A stretch of 64,000 nucleotides of DNA from Anaerolineae bacterium (GTDB lineage: Bacteria > Chloroflexota > Anaerolineae > Anaerolineales > UBA4823). The translations under genes were made by a program, and so were the position numbers. The DNA is taken from NCBI GenBank assembly GCA_003327455.1, contig QOQU01000008.1, positions 68,661 to 132,660 on the forward strand, in the 5' to 3' direction. Under the pieces are notes generated by a model that was not told the DNA's origin, ran no database searches, and saw only the letters and a program-made list of their open reading frames with translations. Positions 1 to 10,997 of the stretch are shown here, piece by piece; positions within the stretch are counted from its first letter, which is position 1; every line of letters begins with the position of its first letter.

Positions 1-251
1 TGGGATATGTGTCCGTTGGGACTTTATTAGCAACCATGACCGTTCAAACCCGAACCCGCGATATCCTTTTACCCATCTTACTTTTCCCGCTGGCAATCCC
101 GGTCTTTATTGCAGCCGTCAAAGCCAGTATGGGATATCTACAGGTGTTAGAAATGGAAGCAATACGCCCCTGGCTAAATTTACTGCTAGTTTATGACACG
201 GTTTTTCTGGCTATCGCTTTGATGGTTTTTGATTTTGTGGTAGAAGAATAG
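1..251 (+). CDS. ccmB: Heme exporter protein B (CcmB), C-terminal fragment; gene starts upstream of the window
   Basis: The frame is open from the window edge (track ORF 9..251). The tail is a polytopic hydrophobic stretch (LLPILLFPLAIPVFIAAVKAS...) and sits directly upstream of ccmC. Confidence 0.7.
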   Translation, partial: GYVSVGTLLATMTVQTRTRDILLPILLFPLAIPVFIAAVKASMGYLQVLEMEAIRPWLNLLLVYDTVFLAIALMVFDFVVEE

Positions 252-278
252 AAATCCAGAGCACCAAAGGAGGTAACA

Positions 279-977
279 ATGCAAGCGAAACCCAAAGCAT
301 TAACCTATTTAGATATCTTTACCGCCGTTCTCATGCTGATCTCGGTGGGAATGGTCTTTTTCTACGCCCCCATGGAAGCCGTGATGGGGAATGTGCAGCG
401 CGTGTTTTATTACCATGTAGCCGTCGGTTGGGTCGGGATGCTCAGCTTTTTTGCGGCAGCAATTGCTGGCATCCTCTATCTGAAAAGTAAGGATCGTAAG
501 TGGGATATGTTCGCCCTGGCAGCAGTTGAGATCGGGATCGTGTTCATCTTCCTGAACATCGTAACCGGCTCGATTTGGGCAAGACCGATCTGGAACACCT
601 GGTGGACCTGGGACCCTCGTTTGACAACGGCGACTATCATGGAATTAATCTATTTCGCTTACCTGATGCTGCGCCAGGGAATCGAAGATCCCGATCGGCG
701 AGCGCGCTTTGGAGCAGTTTATGTCATTTTGGGCTTTGTTAGTGTGCCGTTGACCTTCTTCTCGGCTCGCTTGTTCCGCACCATTCACCCCGTGGTTATT
801 GGCACCAATCAACCCGGAGCAGAAGGTCAATTCGACATGACGCCCAAGATGGTACACACCTTTCTGTTCAGCCTTTTCACGTTTACCTTTGTTTTCATTG
901 ACCTGATGTGGCATCGTCTTCGCCTTGGACGGTTCGCCGATCAAGTCGAACAACTCAAGCTACGGTTGAGCCTGTAA
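279..977 (+). CDS. ccmC: Heme exporter protein C / cytochrome c assembly protein CcmC
   Basis: 232 aa polytopic protein carrying the Trp-rich WWD-type motif (WNTWWTWDPRLT). An AAGGAGG SD lies about 6 nt upstream of the ATG. Confidence 0.9.
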   Translation: MQAKPKALTYLDIFTAVLMLISVGMVFFYAPMEAVMGNVQRVFYYHVAVGWVGMLSFFAAAIAGILYLKSKDRKWDMFALAAVEIGIVFIFLNIVTGSIWARPIWNTWWTWDPRLTTATIMELIYFAYLMLRQGIEDPDRRARFGAVYVILGFVSVPLTFFSARLFRTIHPVVIGTNQPGAEGQFDMTPKMVHTFLFSLFTFTFVFIDLMWHRLRLGRFADQVEQLKLRLSL

Positions 978-988
978 GGAGCAACAAA

Positions 989-1198
989 ATGATCTTCCTC
1001 TCGCTATTACAAGAGGGCCCGGCGCAGACTACCGCTTATATGATTGCCGGCTACGGCGTTATTTTTATCGTGATGGCTATCTATATCTTTAGCCTGTGGT
1101 TACGATGGAAAAACCTGCATCGAGATCAAGAGATGCTGAAGAGTTTGCTGCCCGCCGAAACGAAGGAGACCGAATCCGGCAAAGAGCGTAACTCCTGA
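989..1198 (+). CDS. ccmD: Small single-TM protein, CcmD-like heme exporter subunit
   Basis: Internal ATG of track ORF 908..1198, preceded by an AAGGAG SD. The 69 aa product has one TM (YMIAGYGVIFIVMAIYIFSLWL) followed by a basic stretch. It sits in the position of ccmD after ccmC. Confidence 0.55.
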   Translation: MIFLSLLQEGPAQTTAYMIAGYGVIFIVMAIYIFSLWLRWKNLHRDQEMLKSLLPAETKETESGKERNS

Positions 1199-1251
1199 CA
1201 CTACAGGGTGTTGGGTAATACAAAGAATTCCATCAAACCAGGAGACCGGTC

Positions 1252-1833
1252 ATGACAGTCACTGCGCTATTTCGTCCTCACGAGAATAAAGCCGCTCTTG
1301 TTTACGACCTTATATCGGTCCTGGGAGGCTCATGGCTGATTGCGCTAGCCGCACAGTTTTCCATTTCTTTACCCTTCAGTCCTGTGCCGATCACCGGACA
1401 GACTTTCGCGGTCTTGCTAGTCGGTGCATTAGCAGGACGACGGCTGGGCAGTTTGAGCGTAATGGCTTACCTGGCTCAGGGGCTGGCAGGCTTACCCGTT
1501 TTTGCCGGTGGGAGTAGCGGGCTGGCGAGATTACTCGGTCCAACGGGTGGCTACCTGCTTGGCTTTCTGGGGGCAGCCTGGCTGATAGGCAATCTGGCCG
1601 AACACGGCTGGACGCTGCGGTTGGATAAGACTCTTCTCGCAATGTTGCTGGCAAATACTGTGATCTATCTGGTCGGGCTGCCCTATTTAGCGCTCTTTAT
1701 CGGCGTTGACAAAGCTCTTGCGTTGGGTCTCTATCCTTTTCTGATCGGCGACCTGATCAAAATCCTGCTGGCAACTTTATGCTTACCCTTCGGGTGGAAA
1801 GTTTACCTCGCGCTTAGAACTCGCTTCATCTAG
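1252..1833 (+). CDS. bioY: Biotin transporter BioY
   Basis: 193 aa with the BioY pattern (PITGQTFAVLLVGALAG ... GPTGGYLLGF). An AGGAG SD lies upstream. Confidence 0.85.
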   Translation: MTVTALFRPHENKAALVYDLISVLGGSWLIALAAQFSISLPFSPVPITGQTFAVLLVGALAGRRLGSLSVMAYLAQGLAGLPVFAGGSSGLARLLGPTGGYLLGFLGAAWLIGNLAEHGWTLRLDKTLLAMLLANTVIYLVGLPYLALFIGVDKALALGLYPFLIGDLIKILLATLCLPFGWKVYLALRTRFI

Positions 1834-1943
1834 TGCAAAGCGGCTCAGGCAGGGCAGCAACGAAATGAGAGGCAAAGTGAGCTTAATCCTGCTCGAAAAA
1901 TCCGGCGCCTGGTTTGCGCTTTCAGCATAAATAGCTACCCTTC

Positions 1944-3662
1944 TCAGGGACTTGAGGAATGAATCAGGGGCAAATAAAGCCGGTTCAGAGGCACTGCCTG
2001 AGCGCTCTGCAAGACCAGATGCAAGACGGTCAGAGGCGGAATATTTATCAAAAAACGGTTGGATGAAATCTGTTTGTTATCAAAAAACATCCTGACATTT
2101 GGGCTCTCTTGATCCAGGATCCATGCATCCATACTGTGGTAGTTAAGAGGGCTTTCAATCGAAAAATTGCCTTGCACTGCTTGATGGAGATTGCGATTGA
2201 CCACAATCAGGTGTAATTGACTGACATTAAGATCATGAATGGCAGCATAGATCGAAGCGTTTTCTATATCGGAGCTTTGTGACCAGACACTGATATTTCC
2301 AAACGAACTCTCCTGACCGTCGTAATTGCGATAGATTTGATAGGCACCTCTGACATAATCACTGTTTTCTTCTAACGGATAGAAAGTCGCCAGATATACG
2401 GAATACTTTCCCAGAATTCCCAAAACGTCAGCAACTGCAATGCCGCCAGAGATATGATTCTCTGCCCCATAACTGAACTCAGTCAGCGCTAGTTTTGTGC
2501 CTGGATAATAGGTTTGAATCGAAGATTGAAGGCGCGGCAAAAGGGGTAAATACTCATCAAACCACTGTCCAATCCAGGAGTCTTCTCGATAGGTTTCATC
2601 CCATAAAGAGCGAGGTGCCTGCATGCGCGCCCATTGAAGGCATTCATCTCCCACCTCACTCCATAGGATCCGCTTCCCGCAACCTTGAGCTTCGGGATAC
2701 CAGTGGAAGTCAAACACATCCAACAAGCGCAAATTTCTACTTACGGAATGGAGATGCATTTGTTCAAGATAATAATCGACAAACCAGGCATATCCATTTC
2801 GTAACTCGAACCAATCTGGAGCATCCTGCAGAGTCATCATACCCCAAAAGCCATAATGAACCGGAGCGAAGATTTCTGCGCTCGGATCCACACTCTTGAC
2901 CGCGCTTGCTAAGGCAACATTCCTTTGAATCAGTTCACTTACGGTGGTTTGAGAAGGATGCAAGCGTGGATGGGTGTAAGACCATAAGTCCGGCTCATTG
3001 TCGAGGGAGTAGCCCCGTCGGACAGCGGACGCAGCAGACTCCCCATACTCACTCACAAGATGAGCAACCAGTTCATCCACATAGACCCATTCATCCCCCA
3101 GATTGGGAGTCGTCTCGTAGGGTGCAGGTTTGTTAAAGTTTATATTTTTCCATCTTGAGGAAGGAGCAACTTGATCTACACCAACTTCACCGTTTTTATC
3201 AGCAGCCACGTATCCCGCCATCGGAAGGGTGAGCAAACCATAGTGACCGCCGGAAGTCTGAACCATTTCAAGAAAAGTATGCAAAGCTGCAGCCGGTTGG
3301 TTCGAATCCGGACAGGATAGAAACCAGCAAACAAAATCATCATTGGAATGAAACCAATCACTCCCGGCATTCGAAGCATTATTTTCCCAATTGTATCCCG
3401 TCCATCGATTGCCTCCCAATCGGACAGAAACCCACGGAACTTGCTGATCAACACGGTTGCTGCCGTAGATGAAAGGGCTAATCGGTGATCTCGGCTGGGA
3501 TAAGTCAATGGCAAAATCAATCTGCAAGGCAGTCTGGCTTTGGCGCAGTGGCTTTGCCTGAAGAGCGAATGCGTGTTGCACAGGCAATACACTCTCTAAA
3601 ACCACGAAGCCTGCCATCAAGACGAATGTCAACCAGTAAGCAAATCCACCAGAAAACTTCAT
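1944..3662 (-). CDS. Secreted glycoside hydrolase, GH44-like TIM-barrel enzyme
   Basis: 572 aa with an N-terminal signal peptide. The motifs RLGGNRWTGYNWENNASNAGSDW and LLTLPMAGYVAADK recall GH44. The C-terminus ends ...RLYLPLIHSSSP. Confidence 0.6.
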   Translation of the reverse strand: MKFSGGFAYWLTFVLMAGFVVLESVLPVQHAFALQAKPLRQSQTALQIDFAIDLSQPRSPISPFIYGSNRVDQQVPWVSVRLGGNRWTGYNWENNASNAGSDWFHSNDDFVCWFLSCPDSNQPAAALHTFLEMVQTSGGHYGLLTLPMAGYVAADKNGEVGVDQVAPSSRWKNINFNKPAPYETTPNLGDEWVYVDELVAHLVSEYGESAASAVRRGYSLDNEPDLWSYTHPRLHPSQTTVSELIQRNVALASAVKSVDPSAEIFAPVHYGFWGMMTLQDAPDWFELRNGYAWFVDYYLEQMHLHSVSRNLRLLDVFDFHWYPEAQGCGKRILWSEVGDECLQWARMQAPRSLWDETYREDSWIGQWFDEYLPLLPRLQSSIQTYYPGTKLALTEFSYGAENHISGGIAVADVLGILGKYSVYLATFYPLEENSDYVRGAYQIYRNYDGQESSFGNISVWSQSSDIENASIYAAIHDLNVSQLHLIVVNRNLHQAVQGNFSIESPLNYHSMDAWILDQESPNVRMFFDNKQISSNRFLINIPPLTVLHLVLQSAQAVPLNRLYLPLIHSSSP

Positions 3663-3761
3663 CCGTCACCCAATTTGAATCAGCACTTTAAACCAGTAAT
3701 TTGTAAAGGAAAATTGAGAAAGCGATTATTCCATCCAAATATCTACCAATCTGATAAGGTA

Positions 3762-5270
3762 TTAATGATAATTTAAGCGATGGTAAATCCCTTTGAGCTG
3801 AGGGTAGATTTGCTTGAAGACAGCAAATAGCTCGTCATAGATCGCCCGCGTCGCTTCTTGAGGTCGCACCGTGTGAGTCACCTGGACAAGTTTCTTAACT
3901 GCTTCAATCGAGGGTAGCCATTTCAGTCCGACCATTGCCAGATACGCTGCGCCGAGGGCGGTGGTCTGCTGTGGTTCGGCAACACATTCTAACGTCCGCC
4001 CGGTGATGTCGGCGACAATCTGGACCCAGGGTAAACCTTTGGCGCCCCCTCCCATTGTGCGGAGTGGATCAGGTTTGAAACCGTATAACTCCTCGATATT
4101 CTCCACAATCCAACGCATGTTATAGCCCACCCCTTCATAAACGGCGCGCAACATGTGTGCATAAGAGTGATTGGCGCCTAAATTGATAAAGGCGGCGCGC
4201 AGGCGTTCATCCGCAATTGGGGTGCGTTCCCCGTACATCCAGGGGGTAAAGATCAGCCTGGCTGATCCTGCTTCGATGCGGTTGACTTCTTGATCCATGC
4301 GGATAAAAATCTCGGCATCTGGTTCCCGCTGGAAAAACTCGCGCGCCGCCCATTTCAGACAGGCGCCAGCCGTCTCTGTCTCGGCGATGAGTAGCAACTT
4401 ACTGGGGTCTGCGGATTGAATGGTGGGAATACCACGCTTGCCGACCACCCGTCTGCTGGTCACAATGCCCACAAAACCAGAAGTCCCCAGGCAGAGATGT
4501 CCTTCCCCCTCTCCCACAGCTCCAGAGCCAACCGCAGCCGTCATGGCATCCCCTGCTCCGCCGAAAACCGGCGTTCCTTCCAGCAACCCCAACTCCTGGG
4601 CTGCACGGCGGGTCAATCCACCGACTTGTTCAAAGGGAAGAACTAATTCGGGAAATTTGCCTGTGTCCAAGCCCAGAAAACGGATCAGGGTCGTATCCCA
4701 CGTCTTGGTTTTCAAATTAAACACACCGGTTACACTGGATACCGTCCATTCCGCCACCAGACGTCCGGTTGCGCGCGCCAGCAAATAGCCGCTGCAGTCC
4801 ATCAAGGCGGCTGCTTGTTGGTAAATTTGCGGCTCGTTCTTTTTCAACCAGAGATATTTTGGCAAAACATCCTTACCGGTTATCGCGACTCCGACCAGGG
4901 CAGCAAAGATGACTCGCCCACCCACTTTGCGCATCACCTGTTGCGCTTCCTCTTCAGCCCGTCCATCTAACCAACTGATACAGGGACGCAATGGGTTGCC
5001 TTCCCGGTCAACCGGTAGAAGATTGACCATTTGAGTCGAAAAAGCGATGCCAGCGATATGAGATGGAGGCACTTGCTGCTGGTCAAGCAAACGGCGTGTG
5101 GTTGTACAAACCGCCTGCCACCAATCTTCGGGGTTTTGTTCTGCCCAGAGCGGTCTGGGATAATGGGTCGGATAAGGCTCAAAGGCAGTACCTTGTAGCT
5201 TACCCTCTTCGTTCACCAGAGCGGCTTTACAGCCGCTGGTGCCAACATCAAATGCCAGAACAAGCTTCAT
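3762..5270 (-). CDS. FGGY-family carbohydrate kinase (xylulokinase/glycerol-kinase-like)
   Basis: 502 aa. N-terminal LAFDVGTSGCKAALV and C-terminal GGGAKG motifs are typical of FGGY kinases. Confidence 0.85.
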   Translation of the reverse strand: MKLVLAFDVGTSGCKAALVNEEGKLQGTAFEPYPTHYPRPLWAEQNPEDWWQAVCTTTRRLLDQQQVPPSHIAGIAFSTQMVNLLPVDREGNPLRPCISWLDGRAEEEAQQVMRKVGGRVIFAALVGVAITGKDVLPKYLWLKKNEPQIYQQAAALMDCSGYLLARATGRLVAEWTVSSVTGVFNLKTKTWDTTLIRFLGLDTGKFPELVLPFEQVGGLTRRAAQELGLLEGTPVFGGAGDAMTAAVGSGAVGEGEGHLCLGTSGFVGIVTSRRVVGKRGIPTIQSADPSKLLLIAETETAGACLKWAAREFFQREPDAEIFIRMDQEVNRIEAGSARLIFTPWMYGERTPIADERLRAAFINLGANHSYAHMLRAVYEGVGYNMRWIVENIEELYGFKPDPLRTMGGGAKGLPWVQIVADITGRTLECVAEPQQTTALGAAYLAMVGLKWLPSIEAVKKLVQVTHTVRPQEATRAIYDELFAVFKQIYPQLKGIYHRLNYH

Positions 5271-5533
5271 TGTTCACCTCTCCCATAAGAAGTCTCTCTT
5301 TCATTATACTCCCGCTCCGCTTTACACCCAGGATGTAGAGCTATCCGGTGGGTCAGAGCTCAAAGAGGGAAGCAAGCGATTCATTTGCCCAACACAGTTG
5401 GGTCAATCCTGCCGGTCCATCAGGCTATGCCAATTCTTATAAATTTCTAATTTCCTGAATGGTTTTTTAATATAATATAGATACATATTATCATATTTAT
5501 TAGCGGTGTATACAGAATAGAAAGAGGTGTGCA

Positions 5534-6289
5534 ATGTACGAGTTCAAGGATAAAGTAGCGTTGGTTACCGGAGCCGGGTCCGGCATTGGTCGATCGGTTG
5601 CCCAGTTATATGCTCAAAATGGTGCCAGGGTTGTTGTCTCGGATGTCAACGACGAGGGTGGCAACGAAACCGTTCGCCTGATCAAAGAATCTGGTGGAGA
5701 AGCCGCCTATTATCGAGCAGATGTTGCCAACCCAAACGATTGTGAAGCGCTGGTTCAATTTACCCTTAGCCAATACGGGCGGCTTGACTTTGCCTGCAAT
5801 AATGCAGGCATTGGTGGCGAGTCCAACCCGACCGGTAGCTACAGTATCGAAGGTTGGAATAAAGTGATCAACATCAATTTGAATGGCGTATTCTATTGTA
5901 TGCGTTATGAAATTCCTGCCATGTTGCAAAATGGCGGTGGCGCCATTGTAAACATTGCCTCGATTTTAGGGCAGGTCGGTTTTGCCAATGCCCCAGCCTA
6001 TGTGGCAGCCAAACATGGCGTGGTTGGTTTAACACGCAATGCTGCCATCGAATACGCCAAGAGTAATATCCGAATCAATAGCATTGGTCCAGCCTTTATC
6101 AAGACACCGTTGCTCTCCGTGTTAGAGAGCGATGAAAATCTAATGAACATGATTATCGCTCTCCATCCCATCGGGCGTTTGGGCAAACCCGAGGAAGTGG
6201 CCGAGCTGGTGATGTGGCTTAGCTCGGAGAAAGCATCCTTTGTGACCGGGTCTTACTACGCAGTGGATGGTGGTTATCTTGCCCAATAA
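5534..6289 (+). CDS. Short-chain dehydrogenase/reductase (SDR) family oxidoreductase
   Basis: 251 aa with TGAGSGIG cofactor motif, NNAG and YxxxK (YVAAKHG). SD AAGAGG upstream. Confidence 0.9.
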   Translation: MYEFKDKVALVTGAGSGIGRSVAQLYAQNGARVVVSDVNDEGGNETVRLIKESGGEAAYYRADVANPNDCEALVQFTLSQYGRLDFACNNAGIGGESNPTGSYSIEGWNKVININLNGVFYCMRYEIPAMLQNGGGAIVNIASILGQVGFANAPAYVAAKHGVVGLTRNAAIEYAKSNIRINSIGPAFIKTPLLSVLESDENLMNMIIALHPIGRLGKPEEVAELVMWLSSEKASFVTGSYYAVDGGYLAQ

Positions 6290-6302
6290 GAGTGACTTTA
6301 AC

Positions 6303-6345
6303 GGACGCGCTCCTTGAGCAGAGAGGGGCGCGTCCTGCTTTGCTT
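6303..6345 (+). terminator. Candidate intrinsic terminator after the SDR gene
   Basis: GGACGCGCTCC / GGGGCGCGTCC stem of about 11 bp including one G-U pair, with an 11-nt loop, followed by TGCTTTGCTT. Confidence 0.45.
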
Positions 6346-6679
6346 ATATAGGTCTGGGAATACCTCTTTTCTTACGAGGATTTTCAACTCCTCCCAATTC
6401 ATGCTCAATCGTCCTGTCATGCTGAAAGCGTTAGCAAACGAGACATTGACGGTAAAATCGAATCCTCTGAACGCCTGTTTCGATTATCCTCCCAAAAGCC
6501 GTTAAGGATACCACCGAACCTGATGCGATCAAGAGGTCGCCGACAATTTGAACCAATCCAATCCAACCGGATCATCCGAGCCACCCCTTCCCGATTGCTG
6601 CCTGGATGTATAATAAGAGCCAGGCAACGCGATTCGATCAAAAAAACTTTTCTCCAAGAAGGATACCTTCCAGCTCATC

Positions 6680-8104
6680 ATGCCTAAACCGCGCACGCAA
6701 TTCGTTTGCCAGCAATGTGGACGCATTTCTCCTCGCGAAATGGGTCGTTGCCCGCAATGTGGGGCGTGGAATAGCTTTGTCGAAGAAGTCATTGGTCCAG
6801 CCGAAAGTGACTCGAAACGATGGAAAGGATTATCAGTCAGTTCTTCAACCCCACGCAGATTGAGCGATATTGATGCGCTGCAGGAAGATCGCCTCCTCTT
6901 GCCAATCGGCGAGTTTGGGCGCGTCTTAGGAGGCGGAATCGTACCCGGTTCCATCATTCTCATCGGAGGCGATCCTGGCATCGGCAAGTCCACGCTCTTA
7001 CTCCAGGTCGCTTTGGAGATGGCGCAGCAAGGAGTTGTGCTGTATGTTTCTGGCGAAGAGTCAGAGCGTCAGATTCGGATGCGCGCCCAACGCCTGCTGG
7101 AGAACAGCCAAAATGGCGAGAAGACGAGTGAGAAAACTGCTCCGCAGACCCTCTATCTGGTTACCGAAACGCAATTGCCGCAAATTCTGGAGCACGTTGC
7201 CGCCCTCCAGCCCCGCCTGCTCATCGTTGACTCGATTCAAACCACCTATCTGCCGGATCTGGAATCCACAGCCGGTTCGGTCTCCCAGGTGCGAGAATGT
7301 GCGGCGCGCTTACGCGAGCTGGCAAAAACTTCGGGTATCAGTGTCTTCCTGATCGGACATGTGACAAAAGAAGGGACAATCGCCGGCCCGCGCGTGCTGG
7401 AACACATCGTCGACACAGTGTTGTACCTGGAAGGGGACCGCTTTCAATCCTATCGCTTATTGCGTTCGGTCAAAAATCGCTTCGGGGCGACTTCCGAGGT
7501 AGGGGTTTTCGAGATGGGCGAAAGAGGCTTAATCGAAGTGCCCAATCCTTCGCAGGCTTTCCTTGCCGAGCGGGTTGTCAATGCGCCGGGCTCAGCCATT
7601 GCAGTGACGATGGAAGGTACCCGCCCGCTCTTAGTCGAAATCCAGGGGCTAACCAGTCCAACCCCATTTGGCAACCCGCGGCGGACGGCAAATGGCGTGG
7701 ATATCAATCGCTTGCTCTTAATTTGCGCGGTGTTGACACGGCGCCTGGGCTTGCGATTGGGTGAGCAGGATGTCTTTGTCAACGTGATCGGTGGATTAAG
7801 CGTAGAAGAACCAGCTGCCGACCTTGCTATTGCCGCTGCGTTAGCTTCCTCTTACAAAAACCGCCCCTTACGTGCCGATCTTGTTCTCATCGGCGAGGTG
7901 GGGTTATCGGGCGAACTGCGCCTGGTGGGTCAGATCGCCGCCCGCTTGCGTGAAGCAGCTTCACTGGGGTTTCAAGCTGCAATCGTGCCGCGCCGCCTGG
8001 GTCGGAGTGAAGTATATCCAGACAATATCGAAGTGATCGAAGCCCGTTCGCTCAAACAGGCCTTAGCGGCGGCCCTGATTGGGGAAGAAGGGGCAACCTC
8101 CTAA
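6680..8104 (+). CDS. radA: DNA repair protein RadA/Sms
   Basis: 474 aa. It has an N-terminal Zn-ribbon (CQQCG...CPQCGAW), Walker [10 protein letters not shown], the KNRFG motif and a Lon-like C-terminal domain. Confidence 0.95.
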   Translation: MPKPRTQFVCQQCGRISPREMGRCPQCGAWNSFVEEVIGPAESDSKRWKGLSVSSSTPRRLSDIDALQEDRLLLPIGEFGRVLGGGIVPGSIILIGGDPGIGKSTLLLQVALEMAQQGVVLYVSGEESERQIRMRAQRLLENSQNGEKTSEKTAPQTLYLVTETQLPQILEHVAALQPRLLIVDSIQTTYLPDLESTAGSVSQVRECAARLRELAKTSGISVFLIGHVTKEGTIAGPRVLEHIVDTVLYLEGDRFQSYRLLRSVKNRFGATSEVGVFEMGERGLIEVPNPSQAFLAERVVNAPGSAIAVTMEGTRPLLVEIQGLTSPTPFGNPRRTANGVDINRLLLICAVLTRRLGLRLGEQDVFVNVIGGLSVEEPAADLAIAAALASSYKNRPLRADLVLIGEVGLSGELRLVGQIAARLREAASLGFQAAIVPRRLGRSEVYPDNIEVIEARSLKQALAAALIGEEGATS

Positions 8105-10554
8105 GCAGTCTTTAGATCTACTTCAGCCAGACGGGCTACCGAAACAACCCGATCGTTTTCCTGAAGCTTGATGAGGATATTGCCTCGCGCAGCGCGTCCC
8201 AGTGGCGGCACGTCTGAAACTTTGGTGCGCAAAACCACGCCATTAGCAGAGATAATCGTCAATTCATCCTTGGGTTGTACTACTCGGGCCGCGGCAATCA
8301 AACCCGTCTTCTCCAAAGATCCCTGGGCAAGGGTGCGCACGCCTTTGACCGCTCGACCGGTGGTGGAGTATTCACTCAGCGGCGTTCGTTTGCCAAATCC
8401 CTTCTCGGTAATCACAAACAGTTCGCCATCTGCTTCGACCACTTCCATGCTGGCAACATGGTCGCCAGCCATGAGCTTAATTCCGCTCACCCCACCAGCG
8501 GCGCGTCCCTGGGGACGTACTTCTTGTTCGGAAAAGCGCAGCGCCTGCCCCTTTTCGGTGACCAGGATCAGTTCTCGATCGCCTTGAGTCAAGCGCGCCC
8601 AGCCCAACTCATCCCCTTCATCAAGATGCAGGGCAATAATGCCAGAAGGTCGCACATTGGCAAATTCAGCCAATGGCATCCGTTTGATCTTCCCATTACG
8701 CGTGGCGAGACAGAGAAATCGAGCTGCTTCAAACTGAGGCACCGCCACCACCGCAGTGATGGTCTCCCCGGCCTCCAATCCTATCACGTTCACCAGAGGA
8801 ATACCTCGCGCCTGGCGCTCAGAGTCGGGGATTTGATAAGCCTTTTCCGAGTAAACTTTGCCCCGATTTGAGAAGAAGAGCAGAGTGTCTAAGGTGCGAG
8901 CCGGCAAAATGACCAGCACCTCATCTTCCTCTTTGGTGACATGACCAGCAACGCCTCGTCCGCCACGACCCTGGGGGCGAAAGGCCTTAACGCTGGTGCG
9001 TTTAATGTAGCCCCGCTCGGTCAGGCTGATTAGGATTGCTTCATCCGGGATCAGGTCATGTTCGGCAAAGTCTTCGCTGGCATCCACCGCAATATAGGTA
9101 CGTCTTTGGTCAGCATACTTTTGGGCAAGTTCGTTCAGTTCGGTGCGGATCACTTGCAAAATCTTGCCTGGATTCGCCAACAGGTCTTCCAGGTAGGCAA
9201 TCCGTTCCAGGGTTTGCCGTTGTTCCTCCTCGATTTTTTGTCTTTCAAGGGCAGCCAGACGGCGTAGTTGCAGATCTAGAATAGCTTGTGCCTGTCGTTC
9301 ACTGAGTTTAAAGCGTTTCATCAGGCGTTCTTTCGCCTGATCCGCATCTGGCGATTGACGAATGGTTTGAATGACCTCATCAAGGTTGGCAAGCGCAATC
9401 AACAAACCTTCCAGAATGTGTGCCCGCGCCCGCGCTTTGTCCAACTCGAACTGCGAGCGACGCGTAATTACCGTTTGGCGATGTTCAATAAACACCTGCA
9501 AGGCACGCTTGAGAGTCAATAAGCGCGGTTCACCCTCTACCAGAGCCAGCATTTGCACGCCAAAGGTAGATTGGAGAGGAGTGTATTTGTAGAGTTGATT
9601 AAGGACTTTGCGTGGTTGCGCGCCGCGTTTCAATTCGATGACAATGCTCATGCCGCGCCGATCCGATTCGTCCCGCAAATCGCTGATGTCATCCAGCTTT
9701 TCTTCTCGCACCAGTTCGGCAATCCGTTCGATCAAAGTGGTTTTATTCAATTGATAGGGGATTTCGGTTATCACAATTCGATGGCGATCTTTGCCGTTTT
9801 CTTCGATGTGGGCTTTGCCGCGCAACACGATACGCCCCCGCCCGGTCGTGTATGCCTGGCGGATACCCTCACTACCAACAATGACCCCTCCTGTTGGAAA
9901 ATCAGGGCCGGGCATCAGGCGCAACAGGTCATCAATGTTAACCTCTTCAATCTGATCATAGTGATCGATCAGGTAATTGATAGCCAATACCAGTTCTCCC
10001 AGATGATGCGGCGGGATATTGGTCGCCATCCCTACGGCGATTCCAGAAGAACCGTTCAGGAGCAAATTGGGCAGTTTAGCAGGTAAAACGGCAGGTTCTT
10101 TTAAGGAGCCATCAAAATTGTCGACAAAATCCACGGTATTGGCTTCCAGATCGGCGAGCAACTCCTCCGCCATTGCCGAAAGACGAGCTTCGGTATATCG
10201 CATGGCAGCCGGAGCATCACCATCGATTGAACCAAAGTTGCCCTGACCATCAACCAGGGGATAACGCATCGAAAAATCCTGCGCCAGGCGTGCCATGGCA
10301 TCATAGACAGCTGCATCGCCGTGCGGATGATACTTACCCAATACTTCACCGACGATACGGGCCGATTTTTTGTACGGCGCGTTCGAACGCAGGCCCAACT
10401 CATCCATGGCGTAGAGAATGCGCCGATGAACCGGTTTTAATCCGTCCCGGGCATCGGGTAAAGCTCGCGCCACGATGACGCTCATGGCATAGTCCAAATA
10501 GGCGGCGCGCATTTGTCCGTCAATATCGACTGGTTGCACCAATCCAACTTCCAT
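8101..10554 (-). CDS. gyrA: DNA gyrase subunit A
   Basis: [34 protein letters not shown] followed by C-terminal beta-pinwheel repeats. Start set at ATG 10554 ([13 protein letters not shown]...); the track's TTG at 10575 is less likely. Confidence 0.96.
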   Translation of the reverse strand: MEVGLVQPVDIDGQMRAAYLDYAMSVIVARALPDARDGLKPVHRRILYAMDELGLRSNAPYKKSARIVGEVLGKYHPHGDAAVYDAMARLAQDFSMRYPLVDGQGNFGSIDGDAPAAMRYTEARLSAMAEELLADLEANTVDFVDNFDGSLKEPAVLPAKLPNLLLNGSSGIAVGMATNIPPHHLGELVLAINYLIDHYDQIEEVNIDDLLRLMPGPDFPTGGVIVGSEGIRQAYTTGRGRIVLRGKAHIEENGKDRHRIVITEIPYQLNKTTLIERIAELVREEKLDDISDLRDESDRRGMSIVIELKRGAQPRKVLNQLYKYTPLQSTFGVQMLALVEGEPRLLTLKRALQVFIEHRQTVITRRSQFELDKARARAHILEGLLIALANLDEVIQTIRQSPDADQAKERLMKRFKLSERQAQAILDLQLRRLAALERQKIEEEQRQTLERIAYLEDLLANPGKILQVIRTELNELAQKYADQRRTYIAVDASEDFAEHDLIPDEAILISLTERGYIKRTSVKAFRPQGRGGRGVAGHVTKEEDEVLVILPARTLDTLLFFSNRGKVYSEKAYQIPDSERQARGIPLVNVIGLEAGETITAVVAVPQFEAARFLCLATRNGKIKRMPLAEFANVRPSGIIALHLDEGDELGWARLTQGDRELILVTEKGQALRFSEQEVRPQGRAAGGVSGIKLMAGDHVASMEVVEADGELFVITEKGFGKRTPLSEYSTTGRAVKGVRTLAQGSLEKTGLIAAARVVQPKDELTIISANGVVLRTKVSDVPPLGRAARGNILIKLQENDRVVSVARLAEVDLKTA

Positions 10555-10650
10555 AACTTTTGAACCTTTTTGCAAACAAAAATGATCAATCCCTAGAATT
10601 TTGTAGCCGGTTCCAATCCGGTAATCCTAAGGGTTTTCAGGCTCTGGCAT

Positions 10651-10690
10651 AAAGTAGAGCGGAAGGAATTCCGCTCTACTTTTGTATTTA
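10651..10690. terminator. Strong symmetric hairpin (bidirectional terminator-like) between the GltD-like gene and gyrA
   Basis: Perfect 12-bp stem AGTAGAGCGGAA / TTCCGCTCTACT closed by a GGAA tetraloop. AA precedes it and TTTGTATTT follows on the + strand. On the - strand TTTATG follows. Confidence 0.5.
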
Positions 10691-10997
10691 CTCAAAGAAA
10701 AAACTCGCTTCGCTTTAGCCGTCCTTCAAACGCCAATTATACCGCGAAAGGAAACCGCCTATGCCACACCTTCCGGAAGCATTGAGATGAAGTTCAATTC
10801 TTCGGCGAGAGGATCAATCCCCCGCCTCAGGCCAGATAAGTCGGCTGGAAGCCGACTCCGAAGCCGCTTGAGCGGATTTCCATAAACTGAGCAGGGGCTT
10901 GAGCACCAGCTTTAAGCCGTTGAGCGATCCCAACGAAAGGGACCGCTCAACGGCAACGAAAGGAGGAAGGAGAGACGGCAACGAGCTAGGATGCTCG

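Noticed and set aside
908-988. N-terminal 27 codons of track ORF 908..1198
   Set aside because: This stretch overlaps the 3' end of ccmC in another frame. A proper AAGGAG SD precedes the internal ATG at 989, which begins the hydrophobic CcmD-like sequence.
6529-6993. 154-aa minus-strand ORF overlapping the radA 5' end
   Set aside because: It lies antisense to the Zn-ribbon/Walker A region of radA. The product is Pro/Arg/Ser-rich with no start context.
10795-10830. tRNA/tmRNA-like T-arm (GGATCAATCCCCC)
   Set aside because: The flanking bases do not form a T-stem or an acceptor stem, and there are no D or anticodon arms. The resemblance is limited to a GATCAATCC string.
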